This document shows, piece after piece, positions 29,076 through 36,977 of a stretch of DNA of 64,000 nt. Within the stretch, counting starts at the first letter, position 1. Every line of letters begins with the position of its first letter. A program made the translations under genes and the position numbers. Source of the DNA: Chloroflexota bacterium (lineage in GTDB: Bacteria > Chloroflexota > Dehalococcoidia > Lucifugimonadales > UBA3495); NCBI GenBank assembly GCA_027623815.1, contig JAQBUV010000003.1, forward strand, positions 20,830-84,829, given 5' to 3'. The notes beneath the pieces are model-generated. The model did not search any database and was not told the origin of the DNA. It worked only from the letters and a program-made list of their open reading frames with translations.

Positions 29076-30365
29076 ATGGTTTTACTTACCGCATTCAAAC
29101 GCAAGTTGCACTACGGCTGGGTCATATTTGGGCTGACCTTCGCCAACCTGACCATTGAGGGCGGGGCCAAGAACAGCCAACCGGTGTTCCTGGTAGCCCT
29201 GCGCAACAGCTTTGGCAGCAGCGTTACGCTTACTTCGGCCATATTCTCGGTGGCCGGGCTGGTGGGGGCCTTCTCCTCCCCTTTGTTGGGCAAGCTGCTG
29301 GACCGCTTCGGGCCGAGGGTTATGTTTCCGCTGGCCGGGGCGTTCATCCTGGCGGGTTGGCTAGCCAGCAGTTTTGCCACCCACCTCTGGCAGTTGTTCA
29401 TCTTTTACAGCGTGTTCGCCGCTCTGGGCCAGACCATGGTCTCTTCCTTTTCCGCCACGGCTACGCTGGCGCCGTGGTTTCCTAACTCCAAGGGCATCGT
29501 GCTGGGCATGGCCGACTCGGGCAATCCCACCGGGCAGGCTATTGTGACGCCAATGGCGCAGGTTATCGTCTCCACGCTGGGTTTTCGGGCCGCCTACCAG
29601 ATATTTGGCATCGCCTTCTTCCTGGTGGCCGCGCCGCTGAACCTGCTCTTCCAGCGACGCCCGCCGGTGTTTTCAGAGGCATTGCCCGACCCAGGGCTGG
29701 CCGCGCCGCTGCCGTCAGAGACACCAGAGACAATCAAAGGCGATGCCGGGCGACCCGCGGTTTCCGGTACGCTGCCGGTAAAAGTGATGCTGCGACAACC
29801 AGCGGTGTGGTTACTGCTGGCGACCCGGGCGGTGGCGTCCACCGCCAACCAGATGACCCAGGTGCATATGATCCTCTTTTTCGTGCTGGCCGGGTACGGC
29901 GAGTTGCAGGCGGCGGTGGCCATCGGGCTGTCCGGTCTGGTCGGAATGGCCGGGCGTCCTAGTTTTGGTCTGCTGTCTGATGTGATCGGCCGGGAGTTGG
30001 TTTTTACCCTCTGCATGTCAATGAGCGTGGTTTCCATTCTAGTAGTGCTGTTCTTCAGCGGCGGCGGAAACCTGGCGGTGTTGGTAGTATTCGTCGCTCT
30101 GGCCGGGCTTAGCGATGGTCTGAGCGGTCTGCTGATTGGGGCTAAGGCCGCCGATTTATACCCACCTCGGGCCCTGGGCACGGTTATGGGCGTGGTCGAA
30201 GTCGGCCGCGGCATTGGCATTGCCCTGGGACCGATTTTGGCTGGATTCCTGTTTGACCTGCAGGGCGACTACCTGGTGGCCTTTTCGCTGGCGGCCGGGC
30301 TGACCTTTGGGTCAATTTTGACCATGTGGGGAGTCAGGCTGGCTCAGGGCGAGGCCCGCTACTGA
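29076..30365 (+). CDS. MFS transporter
   Basis: 429 aa with ~12 hydrophobic segments and a central cytoplasmic loop. Substrate unknown. Confidence 0.8.
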   Translation: MVLLTAFKRKLHYGWVIFGLTFANLTIEGGAKNSQPVFLVALRNSFGSSVTLTSAIFSVAGLVGAFSSPLLGKLLDRFGPRVMFPLAGAFILAGWLASSFATHLWQLFIFYSVFAALGQTMVSSFSATATLAPWFPNSKGIVLGMADSGNPTGQAIVTPMAQVIVSTLGFRAAYQIFGIAFFLVAAPLNLLFQRRPPVFSEALPDPGLAAPLPSETPETIKGDAGRPAVSGTLPVKVMLRQPAVWLLLATRAVASTANQMTQVHMILFFVLAGYGELQAAVAIGLSGLVGMAGRPSFGLLSDVIGRELVFTLCMSMSVVSILVVLFFSGGGNLAVLVVFVALAGLSDGLSGLLIGAKAADLYPPRALGTVMGVVEVGRGIGIALGPILAGFLFDLQGDYLVAFSLAAGLTFGSILTMWGVRLAQGEARY

Positions 30366-30425
30366 CCTGACTTGCCTCGGCGTCCCTCCCCTGATGCCTC
30401 GGTTCTCCACCTCACAACCTTCGAT

Positions 30426-30449
30426 ATACAAAGCTCCATACAAAGCTGC
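30426..30449. repeat. 12-bp tandem duplication (ATACAAAGCTCC / ATACAAAGCTGC)
   Basis: Copies at 30426..30437 and 30438..30449 with one mismatch. Intergenic. Confidence 0.8.
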
Positions 30450-30476
30450 CGAAACGGTATTAATGACCTATTCTAG

Positions 30477-30505
30477 TTGATTAAGAACAATTGTTCTGTT
30501 ACAGT
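30477..30505 (+). promoter_or_regulatory. Putative promoter with embedded GAAC-N4-GTTC palindrome (candidate LexA/SOS operator)
   Basis: TTGATT (30477-30482), a 17-nt spacer, then TACAGT (30500-30505). The spacer contains the perfect 14-bp palindrome AGAACAATTGTTCT (30484-30497). Confidence 0.45.
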
Positions 30506-30597
30506 TTCCTTACCAATTGTGCGTTAGAAAACGCTTTGACGGACTAACCTGAAGAGTGAATTTAAGCTTATTCCGTTGAGGGCAAAAGGGGGGAGAA

Positions 30598-30864
30598 TTG
30601 CCACAGTTTCGTTTCAAGGCGTGCGTCAAATGCGGTGGTGACCTGGCAATGGATGATGGTGACTGGATTTGCTTGCAGTGTGGCACCTATTACTATGTAG
30701 GTCTATATCAGTGGCCGGAGGTGCAGCATCCTGGAGAAGATCAGCATCGGCGTGACGATGAACGTACAGAACGCGCCACCTCAATTTTGGCGAATCGGCA
30801 TGGGGTTACAATGGGCATCGTCTTTGCTTCTGTGCTATTCGCCAGCGGTTCGGTAATCAAGTGA
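30598..30864 (+). CDS. Small zinc-ribbon protein with C-terminal hydrophobic tail
   Basis: TTG start after AAGGGGGGAG. CxxC-X12-CxxC (CVKCGGDLAMDDGDWICLQCG). The C-terminal hydrophobic stretch GVTMGIVFASVLFASGSVIK looks like a tail anchor. Confidence 0.6.
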   Translation: MPQFRFKACVKCGGDLAMDDGDWICLQCGTYYYVGLYQWPEVQHPGEDQHRRDDERTERATSILANRHGVTMGIVFASVLFASGSVIK

Positions 30865-31343
30865 CCGAGGTTGCCGAAAATGGGACATTGATCGCCCTGG
30901 ACGCAGGGGTGAGGGAAACCGGCTGGGCGGTGTTTTGCAACGGGCAAATTGAGGCCACCGGGACTATTGCAGTGCGTTCCCGGCATCGCGTTGACGCTTT
31001 GGTGAGGGTCGCTCATTTGATCGAGTCTCTGGACAGTTTGATGGCCAGGTGGAACCCCGACGCGGTGGCCTGCTCCCAGCCGACCGGTATCGGCTGGAAA
31101 GTCCCGGCATTGGTGTTATTGGATGAGGCATTGGCGGAATGGTCGACTGGGCACCGGCTGGGTTTGTACTCTTACACCGCCCAAGAGGTGAGGACCGCGG
31201 TGGCGGGACACCCAAACGCCTCTCGGGGAGACCTGGGATACGCGGTGATGATGCGGTTTGGGCTGATCGGACTCAGCAAGACGACGCACGAATGGGAAGC
31301 CATTTCCATTGGCGGCTACCACCTGCGTCGCTGGGCAAATTGA
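30861..31343 (+). CDS. RuvC-like (RNase H-fold) Holliday-junction-resolvase family protein, divergent active site
   Basis: The GTG start overlaps the upstream stop (GTGA). LIALDAGVRETGWAVF matches the RuvC N-terminus. EVRTAVAGHPNASRGDLGYAVMMRFGL and THEWEAISIGGYH match RuvC C-terminal motifs. The expected Glu after beta-4 is Ser (AVACSQP). Confidence 0.6.
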   Translation: MTEVAENGTLIALDAGVRETGWAVFCNGQIEATGTIAVRSRHRVDALVRVAHLIESLDSLMARWNPDAVACSQPTGIGWKVPALVLLDEALAEWSTGHRLGLYSYTAQEVRTAVAGHPNASRGDLGYAVMMRFGLIGLSKTTHEWEAISIGGYHLRRWAN

Positions 31344-31377
31344 CCGGACAGGTTTGTTTAGTCACCGCTTGGTCAGA

Positions 31378-31405
31378 TTGAACAACGGCTCAACGTGTGT
31401 ATAAT
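31378..31405 (+). promoter_or_regulatory. Near-consensus sigma-70 promoter
   Basis: TTGAAC (31378-31383), a 16-nt spacer ending in TGTG, then TATAAT (31400-31405). About 93 nt upstream of ATG 31499. Confidence 0.55.
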
Positions 31406-31498
31406 TACACCTGAGTCCAGCAGCCAGGAAAACCGGCTATCTGCAACCCGCGGAACTGTCGCCGACACGCGGAGCCGGTTCTTGATAAGGAGGCCCCA

Positions 31499-31861
31499 AT
31501 GCCCATCATACAGCGACCCTATGTGCCCCCGGAAGACCAGGTTCCCCAGGAAGAAAGCTATGTGAACCCGGGCGACACCCAGTCCGATGGCGCTTCGGGC
31601 GAGCCGGTTACTTTCTACGCCGACTCTATGCACATCTTCAGCAGCCTTTACTCGGCGGTGCTTTTCTTTGGCGAACAGATGGAAGAGCGGGAGCCAATCT
31701 TGCGGACGCGGATCAAGGTCAGCCCCCAGATGCTCAAGGCTATCGCTCTGTTGACCAACAAGCACGTGCGCGAGTACGAAGAGGCAGTGGGGCCGATTGC
31801 GCTGCCAGACCAGGTATATTCTGCCTGGGAATTGGAAGCAGAAAAGATGGAGAACCAGTAG
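31499..31861 (+). CDS. Hypothetical protein, DUF3467-like
   Basis: 120 aa with a strong SD AAGGAGG (31487-31493). FYADSMHIFSSLYSAVLFFGEQ ... RIKVSPQMLKAIALLTNKHVREYEEAVGPI resembles the DUF3467 pattern as I remember it. Unverified. Confidence 0.55.
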   Translation: MPIIQRPYVPPEDQVPQEESYVNPGDTQSDGASGEPVTFYADSMHIFSSLYSAVLFFGEQMEEREPILRTRIKVSPQMLKAIALLTNKHVREYEEAVGPIALPDQVYSAWELEAEKMENQ

Positions 31862-32343
31862 TGTCCCAGCCGGAAGACCGCCCAATAGCTGAAGACTTGG
31901 CCCTTCCCGTTCTGGTGGAGCCTGGCGTTGACCATGCCTCGCCAAAGGACTTGGACTGGAGGATGGTGAGCACCAGTCAGCCCAACCGCGCTACCTTCCA
32001 CGTTAGCCACACCGACGTTACCGGGGTCAAGATTGGTATGCTGCGGCCTGCCGATATGCCGAAGGAATCCCCATTTGTCCTGATCCGGGATATTCCGATC
32101 ACTATTATCGACAGCTTGGACAAATTCTGGGCTGGCGAGTCCCGAAGGGTACTGCCGCTGAATGGACTGCGGGTGCCGATTGAGGGTGATACCGAGGCTG
32201 AAGCAAAGCAGAATTTGGCGCGAGACTTGGCTGCCCAGTTTCGTCTGTTGTTGCTGCTGTCTACCAGCCGAGAGGGAAGACTTGCGCCTCAGTTGATTGA
32301 GAACCTGAGGCTATATCAAACGGTAATGGCACCGGCAGAGTAA
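31861..32343 (+). CDS. Hypothetical protein
   Basis: 160 aa. The GTG start overlaps the upstream TAG by 1 nt (TAGTG). The C-terminal segment VPIEGDTEAEAKQNLARDLAAQF weakly recalls HicB/UPF0150-type folds. Confidence 0.5.
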   Translation: MSQPEDRPIAEDLALPVLVEPGVDHASPKDLDWRMVSTSQPNRATFHVSHTDVTGVKIGMLRPADMPKESPFVLIRDIPITIIDSLDKFWAGESRRVLPLNGLRVPIEGDTEAEAKQNLARDLAAQFRLLLLLSTSREGRLAPQLIENLRLYQTVMAPAE

Positions 32344-32381
32344 AGTTCTGGGCAGACTCGGCAATGATCGCTCAAGACTGG

Positions 32382-34088
32382 CTAGCCAAGTTTGGTTAGT
32401 CTCTGGGCGACCACATCCACGACGCTCTCCCTGGCGATTTGCTCCGCCTTTTCGTCCCGGCGGCCCTTCACTTCAACCATCCCGCTGCTCAGATTGCGCG
32501 GACTGACCACCAAACGTATCGGCAGCCCCAGCAGGTCGGCATCGTTGAATTTTACCCCGGGCGTTTGGTCAATCCGGTCGTCGTACAGTGTCTCGATGCC
32601 TTGCGCCCAAAGTTCTCGGTAGAGTTGCTCCGCGGCTGACGACACTGTGGCATCGTTCAGGTTCAGCCCTACTAGATGCACCTGATAGGGTGCGATAGGA
32701 GCCGGGAATATCATTCCTTTTTCATCGTGATTCTGCTCAATTGCCGCCGCCAGCAGCCGACCCACGCCAATGCCGTAGCAGCCCATGATGATGGGTTGCT
32801 GCTGGCCGTTCTGGTCCAGGTACAGCGCGCCCAGCGTTTCGCTGAAGAACGTGCCCAGCTTGAAGATATGCCCCACTTCTACCCCTCGGGTGGCTTCCAG
32901 AGCCTGTCCACAGTGGCCGCACAGGTGTCCCTGCTGAGCCAGCGCAATATCGGCCAGTTCGTCCACCTGGAAGTCTCTGGGGTAGTTGGCGTTTTTCAGG
33001 TGGGTGTCCGGCTGGTTGGCTCCTACTGCGAAGTTGCTGCCTTTGGCGATAGATGGGTCGGCAACGCGTCGGAGTCCCTCAATGCCGATGGGTGACGCGG
33101 AGCCAGCTACCAGCCCGGCCGCTTTGACCTCCTCGTCAGTGGCCAGGCGAAGGTCGTGGGCGTGGAGCAGGTTCTTCAGCTTAATCTCGTTGACCTCTAA
33201 ATCGCCCCGGACCGTGACAAAAACCAACTCGGCATCGGCGGTATAGAACACTGCTTTCAGGGTTTTAGACTCAGGAATATTCAGTAATTCGGCCAGCGCC
33301 GCGATGGTCTTGACACCGGGGGTGCTGACTTCTTCCAAAGGCAGTTCCGGTTCAGTGCCCTGGTCTGGGTAAACCGCGCTGGCTTTCTCGGCGTTGGCCG
33401 TATAGCCGCAGGACGGACAGGTTATCACCGTGTCTTCGCCGACGGCGGTGGGCAGGATGAACTCGTGGGAGTCTTTACCGCCAATGGCCCCGCTGTCGGC
33501 CTCGGCCATCAAGACCGGCAGATTGCATCGCTGGTAAATGTTGCGATAAGCCTGGGCCATCGCCTGGTAGCTCTGCTCCAAGCTTTCCTCGTCGCCGTTG
33601 AAAGAGTAGGCGTCCTTCATGGCGAACTCGCGCACCCGAATCAATCCAGCCCGGGGACGTGGCTCGTCCCGGAACTTGGTCTGGATCTGGTACAGGATTA
33701 TCGGCAAGTCCCGGTAGCTCTGCACGTTGGCCTTGACGATGTTGGTGATTACCTCCTCGTGCGTTGGCGCCAGCACCATAGAGCGCCCCCGGCGGTCTTC
33801 CAATTCAAACAAGTTGTCGCCAAAGGCCGCGCGGCGTCCGGTCTGCTCCCACAACTCCGCTGGCTGGAGCGTGGGCATCAGCAGTTCCTGACTGCCAGCG
33901 GCATCCATTTCCTGGCGGATGATATTTTCAATTTTGCGTAGGGAACGCCAGGCCAAAGGCAGGTAGGCGTAGACCCCGGCCGCGACCTGATGGATCAGTC
34001 CCGCCTTGAGCATTAGCCGATGGCTGGCGGTTTCAGCGTCCGGTGGGTCTTCCCGCAAAGTCCTGGAAACTAGCTGGGTGAATTTCAT
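32382..34088 (-). CDS. proS: Proline--tRNA ligase (bacterial type with INS editing domain)
   Basis: 568 aa. MKFTQLVSRTLREDPPDAETASHRLMLKAGLI..., class II motifs. Confidence 0.95.
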   Translation of the reverse strand: MKFTQLVSRTLREDPPDAETASHRLMLKAGLIHQVAAGVYAYLPLAWRSLRKIENIIRQEMDAAGSQELLMPTLQPAELWEQTGRRAAFGDNLFELEDRRGRSMVLAPTHEEVITNIVKANVQSYRDLPIILYQIQTKFRDEPRPRAGLIRVREFAMKDAYSFNGDEESLEQSYQAMAQAYRNIYQRCNLPVLMAEADSGAIGGKDSHEFILPTAVGEDTVITCPSCGYTANAEKASAVYPDQGTEPELPLEEVSTPGVKTIAALAELLNIPESKTLKAVFYTADAELVFVTVRGDLEVNEIKLKNLLHAHDLRLATDEEVKAAGLVAGSASPIGIEGLRRVADPSIAKGSNFAVGANQPDTHLKNANYPRDFQVDELADIALAQQGHLCGHCGQALEATRGVEVGHIFKLGTFFSETLGALYLDQNGQQQPIIMGCYGIGVGRLLAAAIEQNHDEKGMIFPAPIAPYQVHLVGLNLNDATVSSAAEQLYRELWAQGIETLYDDRIDQTPGVKFNDADLLGLPIRLVVSPRNLSSGMVEVKGRRDEKAEQIARESVVDVVAQRLTKLG

Positions 34089-34226
34089 ATCGGGGGGTTG
34101 TCCTTTCTTGAAACCTTAATTGGTGATGATACGGAGTTGATACCGCATTGTACCAGCAAAATAAAAGCTGATTCACCTATCTTGGGCGAACCAGCAAATT
34201 AAAGCGCTAATTGACGAGATTATTCT

Positions 34227-34288
34227 TCAACAAGCTCAGGATGAGCGGACTATGGATTGTGATCCGTTCGTGGTGAGCCGGTCGAACC
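34227..34288. repeat. REP-like inverted pair (TTCAACAAGCTCAGGATGAGCGG ... CCGTTCGTGGTGAGCCGGTCGAACC)
   Basis: Left arm 34227..34248, 15-nt loop, right arm 34264..34288. The arms are imperfect reverse complements. Same family as 20901 and 44582. Confidence 0.75.
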
Positions 34289-34306
34289 ATGTTTTTAGAT
34301 AGATTC

Positions 34307-35446
34307 TCAGTCGCTCACTGTGGATGGGGTATTCTCCACTTCCTCCATCAGCGCGGTGAGCATGTCGGCCTCGGCAACCACCCGCACCTTAACTCCTTTA
34401 CGGAAGATAACCGCCCGGCCAGCGCCAGCGGCGATGCCCACGTCGGCGTCTTTGGCTTCGCCGGGGCCGTTGACCTCGCAACCCATCACCGCGACCTTGA
34501 TTTTCTTGTCGCTCTTCTTGAGCAGCTGGTCAACGTCGTTAGCCAGCTTGACCACGTCGACATCGGCCCGGCCGCAACTGGGACAGGCCACCAGCGTGGT
34601 GCCTTTGCTGCGCAGGTTGAGCGACTTGAGAATCTCGTATCCGGCGGCTACCTCTTCGGTGGAGTCTCCGCTCAGCGAGACCCGTATCGTATCGCCGATG
34701 CCTTCGTAGAGCAGCACTCCCAGCCCCACGGCGGTGCGGATGGAGCCGGACTGGACGGTACCGGCCTCGGTGATGCCCAGGTGCATAGGGTAGGGCACCA
34801 TCTCGGCCAGCCGACGGTAGGCTTCAACGGTGGTTGGCACGTCAAAAGCCTTCATGGAAATCTTGATCTGGTCGAAGTCGAGCTGCTCCAGGAAGCTGAT
34901 CTCCCACAAGGCCGTGGCCAACATGTGATCGACGATGCTGTACTGGCCTTCCTGGGCTTCGCCAGCTTTGGGCAAGCGGTTGACCAAATCCAGATGGCGC
35001 GAAAAACCCCGGGTGCGGCCAATGCCGCCCACCGGGGGCAGACTCCCGAAGTTGACGCCGATGCGGATGGGGATGTTACGCTCTTTGGCCTTGGCCACCA
35101 CCTGGCGCACCTGGTCTTCATTGCGCAGATTGCCGGGATTGAGCCGGAGACAATCGACGCCGCCTTCGGCGCATTCCAGGGCCAGCTGATAGTGAAAGTG
35201 GATGTCGGCAATGAGCGGGATGTGAATCTTCTTCTTGATCTCCCGCATGGCTTTGGCGGCAACCATGTCAGGAACTGCGCTGCGGATGATTTCGCAGCCA
35301 GCCTCTTCCAGTTCGTGGATCTGACGGACGGTGGCGGCCACGTCCCGGGTGTCGGTCTTGGTCATCGACTGAACGGTGATGTCAGCGCCGCCGCCGACTT
35401 TGACCCCGCCCAGATATACCGGTTTGGTAACCCGGCGCTTGGACAT
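34307..35446 (-). CDS. ispG: 4-hydroxy-3-methylbut-2-en-1-yl diphosphate synthase (IspG/GcpE)
   Basis: GcpE-family sequence (…VQSMTKTDTRDV..., ...CPSCGR...). The ORF opens at 35461, and ATG 35446 (MSKRRV...) is equally possible. Confidence 0.93.
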   Translation of the reverse strand: MSKRRVTKPVYLGGVKVGGGADITVQSMTKTDTRDVAATVRQIHELEEAGCEIIRSAVPDMVAAKAMREIKKKIHIPLIADIHFHYQLALECAEGGVDCLRLNPGNLRNEDQVRQVVAKAKERNIPIRIGVNFGSLPPVGGIGRTRGFSRHLDLVNRLPKAGEAQEGQYSIVDHMLATALWEISFLEQLDFDQIKISMKAFDVPTTVEAYRRLAEMVPYPMHLGITEAGTVQSGSIRTAVGLGVLLYEGIGDTIRVSLSGDSTEEVAAGYEILKSLNLRSKGTTLVACPSCGRADVDVVKLANDVDQLLKKSDKKIKVAVMGCEVNGPGEAKDADVGIAAGAGRAVIFRKGVKVRVVAEADMLTALMEEVENTPSTVSD

Positions 35447-35639
35447 GGCAGCAACCCCCATCTAACTGTTTGATTCGCCTCGCGATGTGGAGGAATTTGG
35501 CGACGTTACGCCCAGGATGGCCCGGTAAATCTTACAAGAAACCAGGACGTGAATCCAGTGGAGGAACAACCGCGAACGCCGCGGAACATGGGCAGCAAGG
35601 CCTTGGGTAAAATGGCTAATGGGCGGCAGAGATCGGGAG

Positions 35640-36977
35640 TTAGCCCGCGAGTGGGCTGACCCCTTGAATCAACTTACTGATATCGTTGGCGCTGATCAAG
35701 ACAATGAGGCTGATCAGCACGATAAACCCAATGAGGTGTACCAGCCCTTCTCTCTCTGGGGACACTCGCTTGCCCCGGCGCACCCACTCAATTCCGACGA
35801 AGAGCAACCGGCCACCATCCAGCATGGGTATTGGCAAAATGTTCAGGATTGCCAGGTTGATGCTGAACAGGATAGCCAGCAGCAACCAGCCTTGTATGCC
35901 CATCTGTTGGGTCACTTCGCCGGTAATCTGCGCGATTCCGATCGGGCCGGAAAGCTCTGGCGCGCCATTGCCGCTGATCCAGCCTGATACCTCTTGTTTG
36001 AGCAGCACCAGCATATCCCAGGTGCTGCTAAAGGCCATTCCAACGGCAGTCCAGGGCGCTTCAGACCTGCGCTCCACCGCAACGTTGATTAGTTGCATGC
36101 TAACCCCGACCAACCAGCGGTTGCCCGGTGCATCGAACTGAGGAGTAACCTGGAGTACCTCTTGTCCGTCCCCTCTCACCACCAGCAATTCTATCGGAGA
36201 GCCAGCGCTCTCCTGCACCACTTCGGCTAGATCAGAGGTTTTGTCCATGCCAAACCCGTTGGCCCTTACGATAATGTCTCCGGGTTGAACCCCCGCCGCT
36301 TCAGAGGCTGATCCGGCGACGACGTTAACCACCGTTACGTCGCCGGTGTCTCCGATGGGCACATCATGGGGAAGCATGAACAAGATGGTGAAAAAGACTA
36401 TTGGCAGTAGAGCGTTCATAAAAGAGCCAGCCGCCAACACGATCGCCCTTGGCCCCACTCCCTTACTGGCTAGGCTCTTGGGCACCGCCGGGTTGCTCTC
36501 TCCGGCCAATTTCACAAACCCGCCCAGGGGCGTCCAGTTCACGGAGTAGACCATATCGGCGATGATCATGGAGTTACTTGATGCTTCTCGAACCTTGCCT
36601 TCGTGCTTGAGGTACTCATCGCTGCCCAATTCCTGAAGAGACTGAATGCCTTTGGCTTTGGAGCCTTTCTGTGGGGATTCGATGATTCGGGCCACCAGGT
36701 TACCGCTGGCGTCCTCTGTAGAGCTGACCTTAATAACTCGTCCCCTGGTCAGGTCTTGCGGGCCGCTCAAGTTAATAAATTGGGTTTCCTGGTTCAGCAG
36801 CACTGTTGTGTTGCCGGTGTAGAATCCGAAAGCTTTTGGGGGATAACCAATGCCGAATTCCAGGACCTTAACCCCGAAGGCCTTGGCGGTAAAGAAATGG
36901 CCAAATTCGTGGACTACCACCAGAATTACTAGCATTGGCACAAAGGTGCCGATAGCGATTAAGAAGCCTTCGATCAA
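35640..36977 (-). CDS. rseP: RIP (site-2) metalloprotease RseP
   Basis: HEFGHF zinc motif, a PDZ region, and LNILPIPMLDGG near the C-terminus. Confidence 0.92.
   Translation of the reverse strand: MIEGFLIAIGTFVPMLVILVVVHEFGHFFTAKAFGVKVLEFGIGYPPKAFGFYTGNTTVLLNQETQFINLSGPQDLTRGRVIKVSSTEDASGNLVARIIESPQKGSKAKGIQSLQELGSDEYLKHEGKVREASSNSMIIADMVYSVNWTPLGGFVKLAGESNPAVPKSLASKGVGPRAIVLAAGSFMNALLPIVFFTILFMLPHDVPIGDTGDVTVVNVVAGSASEAAGVQPGDIIVRANGFGMDKTSDLAEVVQESAGSPIELLVVRGDGQEVLQVTPQFDAPGNRWLVGVSMQLINVAVERRSEAPWTAVGMAFSSTWDMLVLLKQEVSGWISGNGAPELSGPIGIAQITGEVTQQMGIQGWLLLAILFSINLAILNILPIPMLDGGRLLFVGIEWVRRGKRVSPEREGLVHLIGFIVLISLIVLISANDISKLIQGVSPLAG

Noticed and set aside
31373-31945. A 190-aa minus-strand ORF (plus 31648..32010 and 31740..31973) overlaps the DUF3467-like gene and its downstream neighbour.
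   Set aside because: The plus-strand genes have a near-consensus promoter, a strong AAGGAGG SD, a coupled stop/start and more protein-like sequence. The minus-strand translation is Arg/Leu/Gly-rich with no RBS.
34289-35473. A 394-aa plus-strand ORF spans the whole of ispG on the opposite strand. Similar long antisense ORFs lie opposite pheS (27703..28731), uvrA (11883..12626), gatB (60627..61493), acs (58412..58978, 59792..60496), nfo (43465..44127), the LLM gene (5336..5980), the amidohydrolase (19659..20345) and the Fe-S gene (1604..2239, 1687..2256).
   Set aside because: For the two I checked (ispG and pheS), the antisense frame is codon-aligned with the sense gene (same coordinate modulo 3). 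It therefore stays open simply because the sense gene avoids TTA, CTA and TCA codons. The translations are low-complexity (Gly/Arg/His/Val-rich), lack RBSs and lack recognisable motifs. The sense-strand proteins are unmistakable.
36936-36949. A sigma-54-like TGGCAC-N5-TGC element.
   Set aside because: It lies inside the rseP coding region on the strand opposite to all local genes, and the -12 element is incomplete (GTGC rather than TTGC).
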